Assembly: GCA_001179505.1 (NCBI GenBank) | Contig: CDMY01000817.1 | Location: forward strand, 1-17,697 | Direction of reading: 5' to 3' | Source: Vitrella brassicaformis CCMP3155 | Taxonomy: Eukaryota > Protista > Chromerida | DNA length: 17,697 nt | In this document: positions 8,927 to 17,290 of the stretch, in pieces | Numbering within the stretch: the first letter of the stretch is position 1 | How the letters are laid out: every line of letters begins with the position of its first letter | Notes under the pieces: model-generated | The model's database searches: none | Told to the model about the DNA's origin: nothing | Seen by the model: only the letters and a program-made list of their open reading frames with translations | Translations under genes and position numbers: made by a program

Positions 8927-9624
8927 TCACTCCCAATGCACGCACTCTAGCTCCGTACCACATGCATCACACACGTGTGTGTCTGCGGATGTGGGTGTCG
9001 GTGGCATGGCACCAATGGCCTGGCATGAATGGATGTGCTTGTGTGGTGGGCTGGGTGAATGGACGCATGAATGGGTGGGCGGGGTGGGTGGGTGGGATGG
9101 CGATGTGGATGAGGAAGAGGATGAAGAGTGTGTCAGGCAGTCATGTGAGTGTGTGTCCGTCAAAACCGCTGTCTGACTCACATACTGCCTGACCATCGCC
9201 TGTCTGCCCGCCTTCTCTTTGTCTGCTATCTTCTTTCTGATCTCCTTGCCCACCGTCTCGTGCAGCTCCTCTTTGTGCATCCTGGCTAGCTGAGCGCGCT
9301 TGTAGACGGCATCTCCCTCTCCTGGCGGAATGCTGTGCTCGACGAGGTACTGGGCGTGGCGGGATGGCAGCTTGTGGTAGTTGTTCTTCCACTTGGTCAC
9401 CTTCTGGCCCGCCGTCAGCGCGTTCGTCTGTTGCCGCTCCGGCCATGTGCCCTCCTCTGGCACATACTCCCTGGGCGGGCGCCTCACGCGTTCGCTCCGT
9501 CGTGGCTCCTCGTCCTCCTGCCCGTCATCCGCCGCAAATTCGTCTGGGACGCCCATCTGCGGAGGCTGCGGTAGCTGCTGCTGCTGCTGATGCTGCTGGT
9601 GGTCATCACCACCGTCTCCCAGCT
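8927..9624 (-). pseudogene. IN-RT linker of copia pol (frameshifted continuation)
   Basis: Frame reads GDGGDDHQQHQQQQQLPQPPQMGVPDEF...EEPRRSERVRRPPREY. The RRSxRxRRPP motif is typical of the copia linker. It is entered by a probable 1-nt frameshift at the C4 run 9625-9628. Confidence 0.7.
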
Positions 9625-10128
9625 CCCCTCTGCCCCCTCTTGCTCGTCAGCTGGTGGCTCCTCGGCTGGCGCAGCAGCAGGGGGGGCGGGCTCTTGTGCT
9701 GGTGGTGGTGGTGGGTGTGATGCGATGATGGGTGGGAAGTCCTCAGGGACCGCTGGTGGGGCGTCTGTGCCGACCTCCACCCCCCTCTCGGCCCACGTGC
9801 TGAAGAAGGGCTCCCTCCCCTCCTTCTGGTCCAGCCAGGGGAAGCGCAGCTCATTGCAGGTGAAGCTCCTCCCCGACACCACCTTGCCTGTCGAATGCAG
9901 CAGCACGCGCACCGAGTCACGCACGCCGCTCTCATCCGGCCCCAGGTAGTAGCCGTACCGCCCCTTGGGCTCCATGACGCTCTGCTTGGCCAGCCGGATG
10001 GTCGCGTGGCAGCCGAATGCCCGCAGTGTGCTCGTGTCGGGCTTCTTGCCATGGTATGCCTCGTATGGGGTCATGCTGCGGCCGTCAGCAGGGTGGGCGA
10101 GGGGCTTGGAGGGCGTGCGGTTCATCAA
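9625..10128 (-). pseudogene. Copia integrase C-terminal region (after the premature stop)
   Basis: In frame with ORF 10129..12744 across a single TAG (HAV*LMNRTP, where Tyr is expected). Contains TPYEAYHGKKPD, LRAFGC, YLG and ELRFPW. Confidence 0.9.
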
Positions 10129-12744
10129 CTACACGGCGTGGCAGACGGCGTGCGGCCACAGCTTGTCGGGCAGCCCAGACATCGACTTCAGTTTCTTGAC
10201 CTTGGCCTTGACGATGCCGACCCGCCGCTCGACTGGGCCGTTCTGGTGCTGCTCGTGGCTTGCCGTCCAGCGCTGCCTGATGCCCAGCTCCTGGCACTTG
10301 CGGGCGAACATTCCGCCCGCCACCTCACCCCCGCCCAGCTCTCCGGCTTGGTCGCTCCTCAGCTCCTTCGGCTTGTCGCCCATCACCTGGATGATCCGCT
10401 CTAACGCCTGACCCGCCTCCGCTCGGTTCCTCATGAGCGAGACGCACGAGAAACCCGACGCGTCATCCCGCACGATCAGGTAGCCCTTGTGACCACGATT
10501 CGACTCCTGCATGGGCTCGTAGTCGGCGTACCACACGTCGTTGGGTTTTGCCGATTTGGTGCGGTTGATGCCTCTGGGCTTGCGGGGGAGGTCTCCATCG
10601 ACGCAGGGCTGGCAGTAGTTCTCCTTGGGGTAGCTGCTGGGCTGCTGGAAGCCGATGGTCGACCGCTCCATCTCCTTCATGGTCTCGTCAGACACGTGTA
10701 GCCGGTTGTGCGCCACCATGTAGGTCGACTCGGTCGACTTGAGGGGCGCCACCACTTCTTGCTCGACACGACAACTGACACCACACTCAGAGACAGCATG
10801 AGTCTTTGCCTCACTCATCTGCTCTGTTTTGGGAGGGGGGACACTTCCCTGGTGTGTAGAAGCTCCCGCAAGGGGCCCGGCTTTACCTCCGCCACTCGGC
10901 GACGGTCCGGCCCTCCTCTCCGACCCTTGTCGGTCGTTCCTTGAGGCGCTCGAAGCAGCCCCGGGTGCCGCACATCCCCTCTTAAGGCCAGCCGCATCGC
11001 CAGCCCCCTCTCGACTCGCCGACCCTGACGGTGATGTCGTGGTTGTCTCGCACACGTGCTGCGCGGGCTGCTCGGTCTCGCGGAGATACGCCTTCATCCC
11101 CTTGTCGACCAGCTGCACCCTGTGGCCGGTCTTGCAGTCCTCGATGAAGGACTGGTCCTTCTTGTAGGTGTCGTGGATGAAGCGCTTGCCCTCCTTGCCG
11201 AGCCGTCCAGAGCTGATGATGTTGTGCTGGATGGACCGACACAGCAGGACATCCCGCAGCACCAGGGGTCCGTCGCTGGTCTGCAGGGTGAGTGTGCCGG
11301 TGCCGTCGGCTTTGACCACCGTGCCGTCCGCCGTCTCGATGCGGTTGTCGCACTGCTTGACGTTGGGCAGCTTGGTCTCGTCCCACGTGATGTGCTTGTC
11401 GCTGCCAGAGTCGACCATGAAGTCGTCCACCTTCTCCTTGCTCAACATTGACGCACACCTATTGACCGACAACAACTGACAGACAGGCGTGGGCTCTTGC
11501 TCGCCAGCCTCTGTCTGTCTGCCCTTCGCCACCTGCCCGTCATTCTGACCTGAATGCGGGCCGGGGCGAGCATCAGATGCTACTTTGTTAGGGGCCCCGG
11601 ACCCCATGCTTTGTTGTACGGGGCTTGTCGCTTGCACACCACTCGACCCGCAAGGCGACACCACTGGCTCGTCCACTGCCCTGACCATCGCCACGGTGTA
11701 GTGGGCGTCCTCATCGCCCTCGTCCTGCATGGCGTTGACTGCCGCTGCCCTGAGCTTGCTGGCGAACCGCTGGAAGCCGAAGGGCTCCTGGCCGTAGGGC
11801 GACTGGCTCCAGTCGACGCGGTTGTCGCGGATGTCTCGCTTGAGCTTCTTGCACGCGAACCACTTGTCCTTGTGCTTGCCGCAGTACCAGCAGCCGTCGG
11901 GTCCCTGGGCTGGTGCGGCTCCCTCCTTGCGGAACCGACTTGGACCACCCTGGGCACCCCCTCTCGCCTGCCCCTGCCCCCTCTCGCCTTGGGGGGACCC
12001 TGATGGGGGCTTATGGCGAAGTGCCGCCACCGTGCTGCTGTCTGCCGCGCTCTCCGCCGCCTTGGCGTTGTCGCTTGCGCTAAGGAGACGCTGCTTGAAC
12101 GTGTCCCAGCTCGCCGTGGCTGTGCTCTCCTCACTCGCGATGATCTCCAGGAACACCCCATACTGGGGCAGGCCGTGCAGCACCCGCTGGAAGTTGTTGA
12201 CCTTCATGATCTCTCCGATGGTCTGGCCCGCCGCTCCACACCTCCTGGCAGCGCCCTCGTAGCGTGCCAGCTCCTTCGCGACGTCATCCGACTCCAGCTT
12301 GAAGTCGTTGTACGCCCTGATGTCCCTTGCCTTCTGATGCACCCGCCGTGGGTCGTAGTAGCTGACCAGCTGCAGCCACAGCCAGCTCCCGTCGCGCTGC
12401 TTGTCGTCCTCGACGCTCAGCAGGATCTCCTGTGCCTTGCTCGGTGGCCCTGTCGTCCTCACGATGGACTGGCTGAGGTGGAAGGCCAGCTCCTTCTGCC
12501 GCTTCCGTGTCCGCTCGTCTTGCCCGATCTGCTCGTAGGCGGCCTGCGTCTCAGGCAGCAGAGTCTCCGCGTCCAGTGCCGCATAGTGGGCCTTGTACAG
12601 ACCCCTGAATGGCTCCCAATGCTCGTCATCGCCGTCGAACTTGAGCAGCACATTCCTCACACTCGGACCCCCTCCGTTTCCCACCTGCTGCAGGATCTGA
12701 GTCAGCTGCTCGCTGGTGAGGGTCAGTGATCCTCCTGTCGCCAT
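10129..12744 (-). CDS. gag-pol: Copia gag-protease-integrase polyprotein, ending at a premature TAG (10129-10131)
   Basis: Gag-like KFDGDDEHWEPF, knuckle-like CWYCGKHKDKWFAC (11851-11892), protease FMVDSGSDKHIT (DSG at 11404-11412), HHCC motif HNRLH...CQPC, and integrase core YAD...LRSD...QNGPVERR. Confidence 0.93.
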   Translation of the reverse strand: MATGGSLTLTSEQLTQILQQVGNGGGPSVRNVLLKFDGDDEHWEPFRGLYKAHYAALDAETLLPETQAAYEQIGQDERTRKRQKELAFHLSQSIVRTTGPPSKAQEILLSVEDDKQRDGSWLWLQLVSYYDPRRVHQKARDIRAYNDFKLESDDVAKELARYEGAARRCGAAGQTIGEIMKVNNFQRVLHGLPQYGVFLEIIASEESTATASWDTFKQRLLSASDNAKAAESAADSSTVAALRHKPPSGSPQGERGQGQARGGAQGGPSRFRKEGAAPAQGPDGCWYCGKHKDKWFACKKLKRDIRDNRVDWSQSPYGQEPFGFQRFASKLRAAAVNAMQDEGDEDAHYTVAMVRAVDEPVVSPCGSSGVQATSPVQQSMGSGAPNKVASDARPGPHSGQNDGQVAKGRQTEAGEQEPTPVCQLLSVNRCASMLSKEKVDDFMVDSGSDKHITWDETKLPNVKQCDNRIETADGTVVKADGTGTLTLQTSDGPLVLRDVLLCRSIQHNIISSGRLGKEGKRFIHDTYKKDQSFIEDCKTGHRVQLVDKGMKAYLRETEQPAQHVCETTTTSPSGSASREGAGDAAGLKRGCAAPGAASSASRNDRQGSERRAGPSPSGGGKAGPLAGASTHQGSVPPPKTEQMSEAKTHAVSECGVSCRVEQEVVAPLKSTESTYMVAHNRLHVSDETMKEMERSTIGFQQPSSYPKENYCQPCVDGDLPRKPRGINRTKSAKPNDVWYADYEPMQESNRGHKGYLIVRDDASGFSCVSLMRNRAEAGQALERIIQVMGDKPKELRSDQAGELGGGEVAGGMFARKCQELGIRQRWTASHEQHQNGPVERRVGIVKAKVKKLKSMSGLPDKLWPHAVCHAV

Positions 12745-12829
12745 TATCTCGCTAATGGGATGGGGATCTCAGTCGCCATCGATGAGACATGCATGCGGTG
12801 CTCACGCCGGTAGATCTCTCATTCAACCT

Positions 12830-12841
12830 CAGATGCGCCCA
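12830..12841 (-). other. Putative primer-binding site TGGGCGCATCTG
   Basis: Begins with TGG directly after the CA end of the 5' LTR. The cognate tRNA could not be assigned by eye. Confidence 0.6.
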
Positions 12842-12983
12842 TGTCAGCGTGAGCGTGGCACACGTATGTCGGCATATCCTTGACCCGAAAGGATATGTAT
12901 GCGCATCACAACCAAGTCCCGCGTCCAAGCTCGCACACACGATAACGCATCATGAATGGGGCCTGGCTGATGGCTGTCTGACA
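12842..12983 (-). repeat. 5' LTR (142 bp)
   Basis: TGTCAG...CTGACA termini with a 6-bp terminal inverted repeat. Homologous to 6537-6679, and lies about 100 nt upstream of the gag ATG at 12744. Confidence 0.93.
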
Positions 12984-13166
12984 GGGCACCGACACGGGGG
13001 CCACGATGATCTCATTCTCGTTGTAGGGGCTGCATTTGTTGGCAGCCGATGCTTAGATCTTCAATATGACATCATCATGGCATCGTCTCCTGACAGACGC
13101 TTGCTGCGACCGGTCACCGTGAGATCGACAGCGGGGGCAAGTGGGGCCCGACGGGCGAAGAGGAAA

Positions 13167-13326
13167 ATGGCTACCGGCGGAAATTGGCGAGCGGTGCCTG
13201 CGCTGGTGGCGTTTGTCTTCGCCCTCTTGGGCCTCACTTATGGGACTTCGACTGCAGAATTCCCTTCCACCTCGACGACAGAAGCTTCCCCTGCAATCCA
13301 GCACTCCATCAGCACACCGCCCCCCG
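13167..13326 (+). CDS. Possible first exon of a secreted or membrane protein
   Basis: aaaATGG start, then MATGGNWRAVPALVAFVFALLGLTYG (signal-peptide-like hydrophobic core) and an S/T/P-rich stretch, ending at a good donor G|GTACGT (13327). No downstream exon was identified. Confidence 0.4.
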
Positions 13327-13404
13327 GTACGTTCGGGTAGGTGCTGGCAGTGTCAAAGCATCACTCTTTCTTATGTCGCAGGGCTACAGAACGTCTTTCT
13401 GTTA

Positions 13405-13865
13405 AGGCGTGCATGCGCAGGTGTGCGCACACCAACACATTCAATATATACACACACTCCAAGCGGACACGTGCTTGCGCAGGTGTGCGCACACAGACAT
13501 TCATCATATGCACATTCCAAGTGGACGCGCACATGCGCAGTCACTATATCATATGCACACACTCCACGTCGACGTGTGTTCGCACAGGTGTGCGCACAGA
13601 GACATTCATGATATAGGCGACCCGTGCATGCGCAGGGGTGCGCATACAGACATTCATCATATCCACAAACTCCAAGTCCAAACATGCATGCGCAGGAATC
13701 TGCACAGAGACATTCATCATACACACACTCCAAGTCGACGCGTGTATGCGGACGTGCACACTAAGACACATTCATCACGTACACATACTTTTCCAAGTCC
13801 ACGCGTGGATGTGCAGATTTGCATACAGAGACATTCACTAAATACACCAAGTCGACGCATGCCTG
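13405..13865 (+). repeat. Degenerate ~60-bp minisatellite array, about 8 units
   Basis: Approximate consensus GCATGCGCAGGTGTGCGCACAGAGACATTCATCATATACACACACTCCAAGTCGACGCGT. Unit length varies from about 45 to 62 bp. Confidence 0.9.
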
Positions 13866-13977
13866 GAGTTGTCAACCTCACTCTCGATGGCCACACATGA
13901 GTTTTGCCTGCTTGTAGGTAACCGGAGTGGGATAATCGCACAATCATTCTTGGCCATCGAGTGCAGTTAGAGCACCA

Positions 13978-14277
13978 NNNNNNNNNNNNNNNNNNNNNNN
14001 NNNNNNNNNNNNNNNNNNNNNNNNNNNNNNNNNNNNNNNNNNNNNNNNNNNNNNNNNNNNNNNNNNNNNNNNNNNNNNNNNNNNNNNNNNNNNNNNNNNN
14101 NNNNNNNNNNNNNNNNNNNNNNNNNNNNNNNNNNNNNNNNNNNNNNNNNNNNNNNNNNNNNNNNNNNNNNNNNNNNNNNNNNNNNNNNNNNNNNNNNNNN
14201 NNNNNNNNNNNNNNNNNNNNNNNNNNNNNNNNNNNNNNNNNNNNNNNNNNNNNNNNNNNNNNNNNNNNNNNNNNNNN
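13978..14277. other. 300-N gap
   Basis: Run of exactly 300 N. Confidence 0.99.
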
Positions 14278-15849
14278 TTGCGATTGATGTTACTCGGCGG
14301 GAATGAAAGGTGGAGCTCTTCATACTGCAGAACAAGGCCATCGGGAATCTCACGACGCAAAAGCAAAGGCAATCCTCATTCCTCTGCTGTGTGCATCTCT
14401 ACCTATGTCTGTCCGTCCTCCAGACTGAAGCTGAGGCATTTCTCCACAGGACTTAAGAGAAAATACGCCAGGTTGCATGATGAACGGACAGTACCGATGG
14501 ATCTGATGTTGTGTATATTGACTTGCAGCAACTTGAAGCTCAATGGCCATGCTAAGACTGAAACCCGCTCGATACCAAAGGAGAGGGCCGTGTTGAATTA
14601 AAGCATGTTCAAGACCCAGAAGAAGTCTAGAGAGAAAATAGACAAGAACAGCAGGTATTGGCTGTTCCTTTCTTCTCCTTGGTTGATCTCTCTCAAGTGC
14701 CCGGTGCGCAAAGCTGGTGGATGAGACGAGTCAATTGCTGAGTTTTGACCACGTCAGAGAGAGAAAAAGGGTAGGAAAAATTCAGCTCTATAACACACAG
14801 AACGGACAACTCCTAGGACGGGTAAACAAGATGATACATGACTGTACGTATGTCTCTCTCTCTGCAGGTAGTGTCTTAGGTCAACATGTTGCGCTCTCCT
14901 AAAATACTCGCTCAAAATACTCCACTGGCTTTTGAAAATGAACGAAACTTTAAGCGAATCCCTCACGGTTGGATGCTTGGCTCTGCAAGTCTCTCCCTCT
15001 TGCTAAAAGGGTCTCTTTACCTGCCGCCGATGCGTCCGCATATTGGTAGCACCTATATGCTAGAACGCTGGGTGCTGTCGTGGTGATCAAGTGAGACATC
15101 AACGATCTAAGACCAGAAGGATCACCTTTTGTGTGCCTGTTTGTGTGTAGGGAGGTGTGGATTCCCTAGGCATCTATCGTCGATCGATCTGCCTCCCGAT
15201 AGACGTTAAGAGAGATGCCCATGAAATCAGTGGTCTGTGCAACACTCGGGGACCGCGACTGAGAGTGCAACTCTTCAAAAAGCTCTACAGCTCTACATAT
15301 TCGATCTAGTATAAGCAGGCGCAAAAAAGCATACAAAAATGGCTTATCGTTACGTGTGCTCTTCGCCTATGCGTGTGACGTGCTAAGAATGAAGTAGTCA
15401 CGGTGTTGGTCCAAGGCTTCAGCCAGCATCCTTCTCAAGGCGGAGGGATCGACGGGTGAATCCCGATAGCAAGCTGAAGAATCTACCCGAAGGTGACTTC
15501 TCTTACTGGCAGGGCGCGTTGATGACAAGGTACATAGGTACATCATTCCTCATGCAAGCATCCATCTCTTACATGCTCTCCCTCTTGAGGGTCTGCTGCA
15601 CTTCTATCACCAAAGAGAGACACGAAGACACGAAAGCGGTCAGACTACCTGTTTGTGCGTGTCGCACGACTCAGAGCTCAGAGGTGGGTAGCTGGCGTGA
15701 TTGCTGCGTTTGCGCGAGAAGAGACCTTATTGCATGAGAAACAAGCGACTGCAATAATGGTCGAGGACACAACACCGACATTGCAAGTGTTGCTAAACAT
15801 TGATTGAGGATGAGTTTGCATACTCGTGAGTCACAGTAGGAAGCATAGC

Positions 15850-15989
15850 AAGGTGTCTGGACCAGCTTCGGCAGCCACTTTCTCTTCTCGTTTACCCTCA
15901 CTGAGCTTCTTGCGGGTGATGTCTGGCTCCTCAACATTGGGCTGGTTGATGGCGCGGTTCAGGTCCTTGTGAAGGCCATCCAATAACTC
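15850..15989 (-). pseudogene. Ubiquitin-specific protease (peptidase C19, USP4/8/11/15-like) exon fragment
   Basis: ELLDGLHKDLNRAINQPNVEEPDITRKKLSEGKREEKVAAEA, then WSRHL in a frame shifted by 1 nt. This matches the USP motif LLDGLHEDLNR...KPY.E..D...E..A.EAW..HL. Confidence 0.72.
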
Positions 15990-17045
15990 CCACACTCCCT
16001 TCAACTCGACGCATCCGTACATGTGCAGTGCGCACAGATACATTCATCCCATGTTCCGTTTGGACGTCCTTGCGTGCATGAGTACACCTTGCCAACAGAG
16101 ACACTCCCTCCAACTCGACGCACCCGTGCATCTGCAGGTGTGTGCACAGAGGCACTCAGCCCATGCACAGTCTGCAAGTCCACGTGTTCATACGCATACA
16201 TGCGCACAGAGGCCTTAGTTATATACACCCCCTGCAAGTCGACGCGTGCATGTGCAGGTGTGCGCACAGAGACATTCCTCCCATATACCGTTTGCAAGTC
16301 ACGCGTTCATACGCAAACATGCCTCTGCGCGCATTAATCGTATACACCCCCTGCAAGTCGACGCGTGCATGTGCAGGTGTGCGGACAGCTCCTTCAAGTT
16401 CACGCGTGCATGCGCAGGTGTGTGCATAGAGACATTCCTCCCATATACCGTCTGCAAGTCCACACGTACATGCGCAGGTGTGCGTACAAACACCCTCCCT
16501 CTAACTCGACGCATCCGTACATGTGCAGGTGTGCGCACAGATACATTCACCACATACACCCCCTCTAACTCCACGCGTACGTGTGCATGCGCAGGTTTGC
16601 GGACAGAGATACCCCCTTAAAGTCCACGCGTGCATGCGCTTATGTGCGCACAGATACATTCATCCCATGTTCTGTTTGGACGTCCCTGCGTGCATGCACA
16701 CACCTTGCCAACAGAGACACTCCCTCCTACTCGAAGCACCCGTGCATATGCAGGTGTGCGCACAGAGACATTCCTCCCATATACCGTCTGCAAGTCCACG
16801 CGTTCATACCCAAACATGCGCGCAGAGGTATTCATCATATACGCCCCCTGCAAGTCGACGCGTGCATGCGCAGGTATGCGCACAGACACGCTCCCTTCAA
16901 CTTGATGCATCCGTGTGGGTGCAGGTGTTCGCACAGAAACTCTTATCATATACACGCCCTTCAACTCCACGCGTACGCGTGGATGCGCTTGTGTGTGTAC
17001 AGAGGTATTTATCTCGTATACCGTCTGCAATTTGACGCGTGTGTG
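15990..17045 (+). repeat. Long array of the same ~45-62 bp minisatellite, with a ~616-bp higher-order duplication
   Basis: Recurrent GCATGCGCAGGTGTGCGCACAGAGACATTC and CAAGTCGACGCGT motifs. The variant block starting GCGCACAGATACATTCATCCCATGTT occurs at 16030 and 16646. Confidence 0.92.
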
Positions 17046-17059
17046 TGAGGAGTGCGCCT

Positions 17060-17290
17060 GCAGTTGGTTTATGTGTGCAATGAATTGTTTATGTGTTCAC
17101 CTGCGCACACCTGTACTTGGCCGGTGTGTATAATGAATGGTTTTGTCCGCACACTTGCACACCCTTGTATTGGCTGGTGTGTGCGATGAACGTATTTTCG
17201 ATCTATTCGCCTGTGCACGCTTGTAGTTGGTGTGTACAATGAATGTCTCTGTGCGCAAGCCTATAGTTGGTTGGCGTGTGCAATGAAAAC
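17060..17290 (-). repeat. Inverted, more diverged copies of the same minisatellite
   Basis: 17230-17257 reverse-complements to TGCGCACAGAGACATTCATTGTACACAC. 17125-17161 reverse-complements to a TGTGCAAGTGTGCGGACAAAACCATTCATTATACAC-containing unit. Confidence 0.8.

Larger units (their letters stand above)
6537..12983 (-). mobile_element. Ty1/copia LTR retrotransposon (LTR-PBS-gag-PR-IN-RT-RH-PPT-LTR), disrupted, possibly a composite of two copies
   Basis: Direct terminal repeats TGTCAG...TGACA at 6537-6679 and 12842-12983. Domain order IN before RT is diagnostic of copia. PBS-like and PPT sites are in the expected positions. Confidence 0.93.

Noticed and set aside
12860-12983. Hammerhead ribozyme (retrozyme-like) in the LTR, suggested by CCGAAAGG and CTGATGG
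   Set aside because: The CUGANGA core is not intact, and the motifs are in the wrong order and spacing for stems I-III on either strand.
12727-13184. Shared N-terminus MATGG in copia gag (12744, minus strand) and the signal-peptide ORF (13167, plus strand)
   Set aside because: The codons differ at most synonymous sites and similarity stops after five residues, so it is probably coincidence.
13341-13947. His/Cys/Thr-rich ORFs in the satellite arrays (also 16001-17133) as metal-binding proteins
   Set aside because: These are translation artefacts of CA/TG-rich tandem repeats that lack stop codons.
14424-14654. EF-hand-like DTKGEGRVELKH in an alternative frame
   Set aside because: That frame has six stops in 77 codons and lacks key EF-hand ligands.
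15420-15780. Further USP motifs (CxxC, LSL, PxxLVI) downstream of the USP fragment, and ORF 15456..15737
   Set aside because: Matches are too short and need several arbitrary frameshifts, and no family could be recognised for the plus-strand ORF.
13405-17290. CRISPR array
   Set aside because: Units are degenerate tandem repeats of variable length with no unique spacers, there are no cas genes, and the context is eukaryotic.
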